Source: an uncultured Lachnospiraceae bacterium (lineage in GTDB: Bacteria > Bacillota > Clostridia > Lachnospirales > Lachnospiraceae). Taken from it: DNA of 25,952 nucleotides. Below the pieces are notes generated by a model. That model searched no databases. It saw nothing but the letters and a program-made list of their open reading frames with translations, and was not told where the DNA came from. The stretch is taken from contig CAZCON010000001.1 of assembly GCA_964500085.1 (NCBI GenBank), forward strand, positions 1 through 25,952, in the 5' to 3' direction. The position numbers and the translations under genes are program-made. Of this stretch, positions 16,590 through 24,218 are shown one piece after another; within the stretch, counting starts at the first letter, position 1, and each line of letters opens with the position of its first letter.

Positions 16590-17419
16590 TGCAGGGCTAT
16601 GTACATTCGGTGGAAAGCTTCGGAACCGTGGACGGTCCGGGGGTACGCATGGTAATTTTCTTTCAGGGCTGCCCGATGCGGTGCGCTTATTGTCATAATC
16701 CCGACACCTGGGGAATGCAGCGGGGGACACTGATGACGGCAGACGAGCTGCTCCGGCAGTTCCTTCGTAATCGCGGCTACTATAAAAACGGCGGCATTAC
16801 GGTGACGGGAGGAGAACCGCTCTGCCAGATGGAGTTTTTGCTGGAGCTGTTTCGCAAGGCAAAAAAACAGGGGATTTCCACCTGCCTTGACACCTCCGGA
16901 ATTATGTTCCCGTATCGTAAGGGCGTTTCCGGCTGGGAAAAGGCAGAGAGCGGCATTCAGGAAACAATCAGACGTTATGGCGTACTTGTTCCGCTATCGG
17001 AGTATGAGGAGCTGCTTTCCGTGACAGATTTGGTGCTGTACGATGTAAAGCATATGGAGGAGGAAAAGCACCGGGTGCTGACGGCACATTCCAATAAAGC
17101 GGTATTTGCTTTTTTGGAATTTCTGGCAGAGCATAAGACGCCGGTATGGATTCGGCGTGTGGTGGTGCCGGGGGTGACGGACGATGCGGAGGAATTGTTT
17201 CGGCTCGGAGAATATATCGGCGGTTTTTCGAATGTACAGGCAATCGAGGTATTGCCTTACCATACGATGGGAAAGGCGAAATACGATGCTCTTGGAATCA
17301 GATATCGTCTGGAGGGGGTACCACAGGCGGACAGGGAAGAGGCAAGGGCAGCCAGAGAGCATATTTTAAATGGAATCAGAAAGCGCCGGAGCACAGATGG
17401 CGTTTTCAATAAACGATAA
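16589..17419 (+). CDS. pflA: Pyruvate formate-lyase activating enzyme (radical SAM)
   Basis: HSVESFGTVDGPGVR, CPMRCAYCHNPDTW (CxxxCxxC), GGITVTGGEP, DTSG, VLPYHTMGKAKY. Confidence 0.95.
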   Translation: MQGYVHSVESFGTVDGPGVRMVIFFQGCPMRCAYCHNPDTWGMQRGTLMTADELLRQFLRNRGYYKNGGITVTGGEPLCQMEFLLELFRKAKKQGISTCLDTSGIMFPYRKGVSGWEKAESGIQETIRRYGVLVPLSEYEELLSVTDLVLYDVKHMEEEKHRVLTAHSNKAVFAFLEFLAEHKTPVWIRRVVVPGVTDDAEELFRLGEYIGGFSNVQAIEVLPYHTMGKAKYDALGIRYRLEGVPQADREEARAAREHILNGIRKRRSTDGVFNKR

Positions 17420-17426
17420 GTAACGC

Positions 17427-17469
17427 GTGCAGCTTATTAGAAATACTAATAAGCTGCACAATTTTTTTT
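17427..17469 (+). terminator. Rho-independent terminator of the pfl operon
   Basis: Perfect 14-bp stem GTGCAGCTTATTAG-aaata-CTAATAAGCTGCAC followed by AATTTTTTTT. Confidence 0.88.
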
Positions 17470-17492
17470 CATGGTGGAAATAAAAAACGCCG

Positions 17493-17521
17493 TTGCCGAA
17501 TAGAAAAAGAAATGGTATGAT
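17493..17521 (+). promoter_or_regulatory. SigA-type promoter for the IMP cyclohydrolase / AICAR transformylase genes
   Basis: TTGCCG-N17-TATGAT with extended TG. This makes the ORF-track TTG start at 17493 unlikely. Confidence 0.65.
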
Positions 17522-17573
17522 AAGGATAGCGTTGAAATTATGTGCCGTACTGGCGAGGAAAGGGGCAGATGTT

Positions 17574-18287
17574 ATGGAAATGAAATCCATTCAGAAGGAA
17601 CTTGGCAGCAATTCTTACCCGGGCAGAGGTATTATTATTGGAAAATCCCCGAACGGAAAGTATGCAGTGACTGCTTATTTTATTATGGGCAGAAGCGTAA
17701 ACAGCAGAAACCGCGTCTTTGTAACGGAGGGAGAGGGCATTCGTACTGAGGCCTTTGATCCGAGTAAATTAAGTGATCCGAGCCTGATTATCTATGCGCC
17801 GGTGCGTGTGCTGGGCAACAAGACCATTGTAACGAATGGAGATCAGACGGATACGATTTATGAGCTGATGGATAAGCAGCAGACCTTTGAACAGGCATTG
17901 CGTACCAGAGAGTTTGAGCCGGATGCTCCAAACTATACCCCGCGTATTTCTGGTATTTTACATACAGGTGAAGGCGTATTTAATTATGCAATGTCGATTT
18001 TAAAGAGTAATCATGGTGATCCGGCCTGCTGTAACCGTTTTACATTTGCCTACAATAATCCGAAAGCAGGAGAGGGACATCTGATTCATACCTATATGGG
18101 AGACGGCAATCCGTTGCCGAGCTTTGAGGGCGAGCCGAAGCTGATTAATATTGCGGATGATATAGATGCGTATACCAACCTTCTCTGGAATAGTTTAAAT
18201 GAAGAAAATAAGGTTTCTCTGTTTGTCCGTTATATTGATATTGAAGCCGGAAGCTATGAGACCAGAATCATCAATAAGAATAAATAG
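17574..18287 (+). CDS. IMP cyclohydrolase, archaeal PurO-type
   Basis: YPGRGIIIG, YFIMGRSVNSRNR, LIIY, IVTNGDQTD, FEPDAPNYTPRISG. ATG 17574 with RBS GAGGAAAGGGG. Confidence 0.9.
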   Translation: MEMKSIQKELGSNSYPGRGIIIGKSPNGKYAVTAYFIMGRSVNSRNRVFVTEGEGIRTEAFDPSKLSDPSLIIYAPVRVLGNKTIVTNGDQTDTIYELMDKQQTFEQALRTREFEPDAPNYTPRISGILHTGEGVFNYAMSILKSNHGDPACCNRFTFAYNNPKAGEGHLIHTYMGDGNPLPSFEGEPKLINIADDIDAYTNLLWNSLNEENKVSLFVRYIDIEAGSYETRIINKNK

Positions 18288-18302
18288 TACAGGAGGCACA
18301 CG

Positions 18303-19478
18303 ATGAAAGAATTTGAGTTAAAGTACGGCTGTAATCCGAACCAGAAGCCGTCCCGAATTTATATGGAGGATGGTGAACTCCCGATTACCGTATTGAATGG
18401 CAGACCGGGCTATATCAATTTCCTGGATGCGTTTAACGGCTGGCAGTTAGTAAGCGAGTTAAAGAAGGCAACCGGACTTCCGGCAGCCACCTCCTTTAAG
18501 CATGTTTCTCCGGCAGGTGCAGCAGTCGGACTTCCGTTAACGGACGTTGAGAGAAAGATTTACTGGGTGGACGACATGGGCGAGCTTACTCCGCTTGCAA
18601 GTGCGTATGCGAGAGCAAGAGGTGCAGACCGTATGTCCTCCTTTGGCGATTTTATTGCGCTTTCCGATGTCTGTGACGAGTGTACCGCACGTATTATCAA
18701 GCGGGAGGTATCCGATGGCGTAATTGCTCCGGGGTATACGCCGGAGGCGCTTGCCGTATTAAAGGAAAAGAAAAAGGGCGGCTACAATATTATTGAAATC
18801 GACCCGGCGTATGTGCCGAAGCCGCTGGAACGCAAGGAGGTATACGGTATTACCTTTGAGCAGGGAAGAAACGAGTTAAAGGTGGACGATGAGCTGCTTT
18901 CCAACTTTGTGACCACAAATAAGGAGCTTCCGGAGGCAGCACGCATTGACCTGATTATTTCTTTGATTACGTTAAAGTATACGCAGTCCAACTCCGTGTG
19001 CTATGTAAAGGGAGGACAGGCGATAGGTATCGGCGCAGGACAGCAGTCCAGAATCCATTGTACCAGACTTGCCGGCAGCAAGGCAGACAATTGGTATCTC
19101 CGTCAGAATCCGAAGGTATTAAAGCTTCCGTTCCTTGATAAAATCGGCAGGGCAGACCGTGACAATGCCATCGACCTTTACATTGGTGAGGATTACATGG
19201 ATGTATTGGCAGACGGTGCGTGGGAGCGTATTTTTAAGGAAAAGCCGGAGGTCTTTACCAGAGAAGAAAAGCGTGCATGGCTTGATACGCTGACTGACGT
19301 GGCACTTGGCTCTGACGCGTTTTTCCCATTTTCAGACAACATTGAGCGCGCATACCGCAGCGGCGTTAAGTACATTGCAGAGCCGGGCGGCTCCGTAAGA
19401 GATGACCTTGTTATTGAAGCAGCGGACAAGCATGACATGGTAATGTGTTTTACCGGAATCCGTTTATTCCATCACTAA
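18303..19478 (+). CDS. purH: AICAR transformylase, monofunctional (PurH C-terminal domain only)
   Basis: KYGCNPNQ, GYINFLDA, SFKHVSPAGAA, KYTQSNSV, GIGAGQQSR, SDAFFPF, RLFHH. 391 aa, with no N-terminal IMPCH/MGS domain. Confidence 0.92.
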   Translation: MKEFELKYGCNPNQKPSRIYMEDGELPITVLNGRPGYINFLDAFNGWQLVSELKKATGLPAATSFKHVSPAGAAVGLPLTDVERKIYWVDDMGELTPLASAYARARGADRMSSFGDFIALSDVCDECTARIIKREVSDGVIAPGYTPEALAVLKEKKKGGYNIIEIDPAYVPKPLERKEVYGITFEQGRNELKVDDELLSNFVTTNKELPEAARIDLIISLITLKYTQSNSVCYVKGGQAIGIGAGQQSRIHCTRLAGSKADNWYLRQNPKVLKLPFLDKIGRADRDNAIDLYIGEDYMDVLADGAWERIFKEKPEVFTREEKRAWLDTLTDVALGSDAFFPFSDNIERAYRSGVKYIAEPGGSVRDDLVIEAADKHDMVMCFTGIRLFHH

Positions 19479-19588
19479 ATAATCTGTTTCAGAGCGTTAT
19501 TCGGATGCTGAAACTGGCTGTCAGATGGTTGCTATTGCCACGAAAGAAGAAAAAAGTAGGATTATCGCAAAAAAAATCAGATAGATAA

Positions 19589-19617
19589 TTGACGATAGCA
19601 TGAAAATGTGTTACAAT
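19589..19617 (+). promoter_or_regulatory. SigA-type promoter of the BlaI-like gene
   Basis: TTGACG-N17-TACAAT with extended TG. Confidence 0.75.
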
Positions 19618-19660
19618 AAAGCCAGTTTGAAAAATCTCGCGTTTGAAAGGAGAAAAAGAA

Positions 19661-20026
19661 ATGCAGCGTTATGGAATCGGAGAACAGGAAATGAAATTTG
19701 CCAGATTGCTTTGGGAGAGAGAAGGAATCGGCTCCGGTGAGGTTGTGAAGCTTTGCGAGAAAGAGCTTGGTTGGAAGAAATCCACTACGTATACCATGCT
19801 TCGTAGACTGTGTGAGCACGGACTGTTTCAGAATGTAAACAGCGTTGTAACTTCGGTAATGAGCGAAGAACAGTATAAGGCAAAGGTTGGCGAGGATATG
19901 ATTAATGATAAATTCAGCGGTTCTCTTCCAATGTTTGTAGCTACTTACACAAAGCATCGCGGCTTGTCTGAGAAGGATAAGAAAGAGTTGCTGAAGGTAA
20001 TTGAGAATTATAAGGCAACAAAGTAA
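19661..20026 (+). CDS. BlaI/MecI/CopY family transcriptional repressor
   Basis: EMKFARLLW, WKKSTTYTMLRRLCEHG, KFSGSLPMFVATY, LSEKDKKEL. ATG 19661 with RBS AAAGGAG. Confidence 0.92.
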   Translation: MQRYGIGEQEMKFARLLWEREGIGSGEVVKLCEKELGWKKSTTYTMLRRLCEHGLFQNVNSVVTSVMSEEQYKAKVGEDMINDKFSGSLPMFVATYTKHRGLSEKDKKELLKVIENYKATK

Positions 20027-20032
20027 GAAACT

Positions 20033-20073
20033 GCCGTGTTGTGGATTGAAAAATCGACAATACGGCGTTTTTT
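20033..20073 (+). terminator. Rho-independent terminator after the BlaI-like gene
   Basis: GCCGTGTTGT-G-GATT-gaaa-AATC-G-ACAATACGGC followed by GTTTTTT (GAAA tetraloop). Confidence 0.8.
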
Positions 20074-20209
20074 ATTTCCATGGAACAGCTTGAAGAGCGT
20101 GTTCCGTTGAAATAAAAGACGATTTATTTGCAAGTGCGTCTGTATTCTGTGTCCATAGAAAATCAGGCGAAACAGTTACGCCATTGTTGAAAAAATATGC
20201 TATAGAATA

Positions 20210-20238
20210 TTGACGAAGATATGGATTTGAGGTAAGCT
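20210..20238 (+). promoter_or_regulatory. SigA-type promoter of the M56 gene
   Basis: TTGACG-N17-TAAGCT. Confidence 0.55.
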
Positions 20239-20249
20239 ATAGGAGAGCC

Positions 20250-20263
20250 TGAAAGCGCTTACG
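20250..20263. promoter_or_regulatory. Putative CcpA cre site
   Basis: TGAAAGCGCTTACG matches 13 of 14 positions of TGWAARCGYTWNCA, just downstream of the predicted -10. Confidence 0.6.
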
Positions 20264-20305
20264 GATGGGAAAAAGGGTACAAAATATGAATCAGAGGTAC
20301 AATCG

Positions 20306-21238
20306 ATGAACATGCTGTTTATGTGGATTTTAGATAGAGGTATTGAACTGGGAGGCGTGATTCTGTTTCTTCTGCCGCTCCGTGCTGTTTTAAAAAGAAG
20401 GGCACCAAAGATTTTTTCTTATCTGCTTTGGAGTGCATTGCCGATTGGTTTATGCTATAATCTGATAACTCTGCTGCTTCCTAAATTGTCCTATCATGTG
20501 CAGACATTTCATGGTCTTGAGGCAATTATGATGCCGGACAGGGGCTTTGGCATATGCTGCGAGATTGTTATGGCGGCAGGGATGCTGGCGTTGCTTGTTT
20601 ATGAGATGTTTTCCTATGCTGCGCTGCGTGGGTGTCTGGTGGGCAGTATCCGTTTGCGGGGGAACATTTATATGACATCCCGAATTAAGGGACCGTTTAC
20701 CATGGGGGTACGTACGCCTCAGATTTATCTGCCGAATTCGCTTGAAGAAAAGCATCTGGAGTATGTGATTGCGCATGAGGAGATTCATATTGCACGGAAG
20801 GATGTATTGTTGCGTTGTATCGGAAGTGTGTTGCGTATGACATTCTGGTTTCAGCCGCTAATTTGGGTGGCGTATTATCTGTTTGTCAATGATATGGAGG
20901 ATGCCTGCGATGAGGCAGTGCTGCGGAACCAGTCCAGAGAGTACCAGATACGGTATGCAGAGACGTTGGTGGAGGTTTCCTATCAGGCAGGAAAAGCAGG
21001 CAGGGCGACAGTCGGCTACGGAGGCGGCGAGGTTAAGAAGCGTGTCGGGTATGTACTGCGGTATAAAAAGCACAGACGTGCAGTGATAATTGGTGCAGCA
21101 GTGGCATGCATTGCGGTGGTTTGTGTTGCAATTCCTGTGGCGGGAAAGCTGCCAAGGGTGTTCCAGACCACGCGGGAAGGGTCAAAGTCCTTTTCGATAG
21201 AGATATTGACAAGAGATGCTGCAGAATGGTGGAAATAA
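20306..21238 (+). CDS. M56 family membrane metallopeptidase (BlaR1/MecR1-like) without a beta-lactam sensor domain
   Basis: GPFTMG...PQIYLP, VIAHEEIHIARKD (HExxH), FWFQPLIW, MEDACDE. Ends ~27 aa after the last transmembrane helix. Confidence 0.9.
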   Translation: MNMLFMWILDRGIELGGVILFLLPLRAVLKRRAPKIFSYLLWSALPIGLCYNLITLLLPKLSYHVQTFHGLEAIMMPDRGFGICCEIVMAAGMLALLVYEMFSYAALRGCLVGSIRLRGNIYMTSRIKGPFTMGVRTPQIYLPNSLEEKHLEYVIAHEEIHIARKDVLLRCIGSVLRMTFWFQPLIWVAYYLFVNDMEDACDEAVLRNQSREYQIRYAETLVEVSYQAGKAGRATVGYGGGEVKKRVGYVLRYKKHRRAVIIGAAVACIAVVCVAIPVAGKLPRVFQTTREGSKSFSIEILTRDAAEWWK

Positions 21239-21290
21239 GTGCGATAAATTAGACCCCGGAAAATAGAACAAAAGAGGAAAGGAGTTGCCT

Positions 21291-21821
21291 ATGAAACGAG
21301 TATTGATGTTGATGGCGGCGCTGGTGCTGTGCGGAGCGGCAAAGGCAGGAACGGCGCAGGCTGCAGAGGCAGAGTACCCAGAAAATATGATAACGGTACG
21401 CTACGTGGAAACGGAGGATGCCGTGGTACCGGAAGAGATAACCGGAGAGCAGCAGGTTTTGGTTTCGGAGGAGATTTATCTGCCGGAATCGGAGACGGCG
21501 GCTTCGTATACGCCGCAGACGCATACTAAGACGTTTGAATTTTACAATGGCAGTACGCTGATGGGGACGGTAACGGAGCGCTGTACGGTGTGGTATTATA
21601 CGGACGGAAAGGTACACCTTTACAGTCGGTACATTACAACGACGCAGAGTACGAATTATTCCGTAAGTAAGAAATACGGCAGTATTGTGAATACGGATGG
21701 CAGCTACAGCTATACCTCCGGCGATTTGGTTTATGTCGGAACGAGCGGTTATACAGTGATATATGCGCTGGATTTTTATGTAGATTCGGACGGATATGAT
21801 TTTTCCTTAACTGAGTCGTAG
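21291..21821 (+). CDS. Secreted hypothetical protein
   Basis: RBS AAAGGAG; signal peptide MKRVLMLMAALVLCGAAKAGTAQA; acidic linker, then a Thr/Ser/Tyr/Gly-rich, probably beta-rich domain. 176 aa. Confidence 0.85.
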   Translation: MKRVLMLMAALVLCGAAKAGTAQAAEAEYPENMITVRYVETEDAVVPEEITGEQQVLVSEEIYLPESETAASYTPQTHTKTFEFYNGSTLMGTVTERCTVWYYTDGKVHLYSRYITTTQSTNYSVSKKYGSIVNTDGSYSYTSGDLVYVGTSGYTVIYALDFYVDSDGYDFSLTES

Positions 21822-21938
21822 AACGGAGCAGAGGCTTCTAAGAACGATAGCGTGGGAGAGCAGCGGATGGAAAGACCGGGGTCAGATTTAAATTAAGAAA
21901 TGATTGGCGACAGAATGTGCGTACAATCATATTCAGAG

Positions 21939-21969
21939 AGAAGGCGGGCGCAATTGCGGTTCGCCTTCT
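21939..21969 (+). terminator. Possible terminator hairpin after the secreted-protein gene
   Basis: AGAAGGCGGG...TTCGCCTTCT followed by GTTCTTGTT; weak U tract. Confidence 0.45.
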
Positions 21970-22016
21970 GTTCTTGTTCGGACTTTTGCAGAAAATGGCG
22001 AATGGTAAATTTTTTC

Positions 22017-22045
22017 TTGCCTGTACGGAGAAAATAGGGTATACT
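22017..22045 (+). promoter_or_regulatory. SigA-type promoter of the aminopeptidase gene
   Basis: TTGCCT-N17-TATACT. Confidence 0.6.
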
Positions 22046-22081
22046 AAACAGTGCGGAATAAGCAGGAAAGGTTGGTGCAGC

Positions 22082-23506
22082 ATGGCAGTTAAAAAAACAG
22101 AGCTCACGAAGGAGAAAAAGGGTACAAAGCCTTCGGTAAATGCATGGTTAAAATATTCAGAAAAGGAGCGTAAGGCTGTATTTGATTTTGCAGAGGGCTA
22201 TCGCAGCTTTCTCTCCGGATGTAAGACAGAAAGGGAATGCACGGAGGAATTGTTACGCAGGGCAAAAGCCGCAGGCTATGTGGATTTAAAGGATGCCGTT
22301 GCAGAGGGGCGGAAGCTTTCTGCCGGTGATAAGGTGTTTGTGAATTGTATGGGAAAGGCGATTGCGTTGTTCCTGCTCGGTGAAAGACCGTTAGAGGAGG
22401 GAATGAAGATTTTAGGAGCGCATATTGATTCTCCGCGTCTTGATTTAAAACAGGTGCCGCTTTACGAGGACACGGAAATGGCACTTTTTGATACCCATTA
22501 TTATGGCGGCATTAAGAAATATCAGTGGGTGACCTTGCCGCTGGCACTTCATGGCGTTGTGGCAAAGAAGGATGGTACGGTAATCAATGTGGTGATTGGT
22601 GAGGAAGAATCAGATCCGGTTGTGGGAATTACGGATTTGTTAATTCATTTGTCAGCAAAGCAGCTTGAAAAAAATGCCGCAAAGGTGGTAGAGGGTGAGG
22701 ATTTGAACATTCTCATCGGAAGCATTCCGCTTGCGGAGTGTGACAAGGAAGCAGTAAAGGAAAATGTGCTGGCCCTGTTAAAGGAAAAGTATGATATTAC
22801 AGAGGATGATTTTGTATCTGCAGAAATTGAGGCGGTTCCGGCCGGAGTTGCAAGGGATTTTGGCATTGACCGCAGTATGATTATGGGGTACGGACAGGAT
22901 GACCGCGTGTGTGCCTATGCTTCTGCGGAAGCAATGTTTGAAATGAAGCAGACAGATCGTACCGCAGTATGTCTGCTTGTAGATAAAGAGGAAATCGGTA
23001 GTGTGGGTGCAACCGGAATGCATTCCCGTTTCTTTGAGAATGCGGTAGCCGAGATAATGAATCTTTGCGGTGATTATTCTGAATTAAAGGTGCGGAGGGC
23101 ACTGGCAAATTCCCAGATGCTTTCCTCTGATGTCAGCGCAGCGTATGATCCGAATTATCCGGCAGTCAGTGAAAAGAAAAATACCGCATATTTCGGTAAG
23201 GGCTTAGTATTTAATAAATACACCGGCTCCAGAGGAAAGTCAGGCTCTAATGATGCCAATGCGGAGTATATCGCAAGACTTCGTAAGGCAATGGATGACA
23301 ACAGGGTTACCTTCCAGACCTCGGAGCTTGGCCGCGTGGATGAAGGCGGCGGCGGAACCATCGCTTATATTATGGCAAATTACGGGATGGAGGTTATTGA
23401 CAGCGGTGTGGCGGTGTTGAATATGCACGCACCATGGGAAATTACCGGAAAGTCCGATTTATATGAGGCATATCGGGGCTATCTTGCATTTTTAAAGGAA
23501 CTGTAG
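22082..23506 (+). CDS. M18 family aminopeptidase
   Basis: GAHIDSPRLDLK, YYGGIKKYQW, GQDDRVC, DKEEIGS, SDV, MHAPWE. Start moved to ATG 22082, downstream of the predicted promoter. Confidence 0.92.
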   Translation: MAVKKTELTKEKKGTKPSVNAWLKYSEKERKAVFDFAEGYRSFLSGCKTERECTEELLRRAKAAGYVDLKDAVAEGRKLSAGDKVFVNCMGKAIALFLLGERPLEEGMKILGAHIDSPRLDLKQVPLYEDTEMALFDTHYYGGIKKYQWVTLPLALHGVVAKKDGTVINVVIGEEESDPVVGITDLLIHLSAKQLEKNAAKVVEGEDLNILIGSIPLAECDKEAVKENVLALLKEKYDITEDDFVSAEIEAVPAGVARDFGIDRSMIMGYGQDDRVCAYASAEAMFEMKQTDRTAVCLLVDKEEIGSVGATGMHSRFFENAVAEIMNLCGDYSELKVRRALANSQMLSSDVSAAYDPNYPAVSEKKNTAYFGKGLVFNKYTGSRGKSGSNDANAEYIARLRKAMDDNRVTFQTSELGRVDEGGGGTIAYIMANYGMEVIDSGVAVLNMHAPWEITGKSDLYEAYRGYLAFLKEL

Positions 23507-23528
23507 AGCAGGAGAGAAGGGACATAAG

Positions 23529-24059
23529 ATGGAGACAGAAAAGCTGACAGCCCCGCGTATTGCGAGGTTTTCCAAGGTATCAAGGGAGCGTTTTACGGCA
23601 GATTTTGCCGATGCGTTTCCGGAAGAAGCTCAAAGGGCTGAGGAGGTGTATGACAGCCTGCAGCTTCCGGTAAGAGCCACGACCGGCTCGGCAGGGTATG
23701 ATTTCTTTATGCCGATAACCGTTGAACTTGCGCCGGGGGAGACGGTAAAGATTCCGACCGGAATTCGTGCAGAGATGGCGGCACAGTATGTACTTTTACT
23801 GTTCCCGCGCAGTGGGCTTGGCTTCCGCTACCGTCTGCAGCTGAATAATACGGTTGGAGTAATTGACAGTGATTACTTTTTTTCAGATAATGAAGGGCAT
23901 ATATTTGCAAAGGTAACCAATGATTCCAACGAGGGAAAAAGTGTTACTCTGACTGCAGGAACAGGCTTTATGCAGGGAATATTTTTGCCGTTTGGGATTA
24001 CAGAGGAGGATGTCGTGAGCGAAAAGCGTAACGGCGGCTTTGGCAGTACCACAAAATAA
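23529..24059 (+). CDS. dut: Trimeric dUTP diphosphatase
   Basis: RATTGSAGYDF, PRSGLG, NTVGVIDSDY, QGIF, RNGGFGST (motifs I-V). Confidence 0.93.
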   Translation: METEKLTAPRIARFSKVSRERFTADFADAFPEEAQRAEEVYDSLQLPVRATTGSAGYDFFMPITVELAPGETVKIPTGIRAEMAAQYVLLLFPRSGLGFRYRLQLNNTVGVIDSDYFFSDNEGHIFAKVTNDSNEGKSVTLTAGTGFMQGIFLPFGITEEDVVSEKRNGGFGSTTK

Positions 24060-24218
24060 TAAGCGGCTGTATGACCGTAGAACGGAGGAAAGGTACGGTT
24101 AGGGCAATTGCAGGCGCAAACTGAGGTGATGAGGGAAAGGGCAAAATCAACTACAGGTCTAGAAGCCTGGACAGTGGGACGATGTGAGGCAAAGGATAAA
24201 AGAGAAAGAGGGGACAGC

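Noticed and set aside
17530-17573. ZTP (pfl) riboswitch before the purine genes (CGTACTGGCGAGG resembles part of the aptamer)
   Set aside because: The leader is too short, and the GTGG..CCAC..GGGAG and CGCCTGGGC elements are absent.
21917-22081. Upstream extensions in the ORF track (M18 at 21917, IMP cyclohydrolase at 17493, GT4 at 24108, flavin reductase at 10835, BlaI at 19643)
   Set aside because: They run through predicted promoters or terminators or lack an RBS; downstream ATGs have an RBS and match the family N-termini.
21817-24087. 12-mer CGTAGAACGGAG occurring just after two gene ends (21817 and 24076)
   Set aside because: There are only two copies, and several chance 12-mer matches are expected in 26 kb.
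24095-24190. c-di-GMP-I riboswitch-like words (GGCAA, GCGCAAA, CTACAGGTCTA) before the GT4 gene
   Set aside because: The words are not in the required spacing, and I could not build the GNRA-capped stem or the P1 pairing by eye. An Infernal search would settle it.
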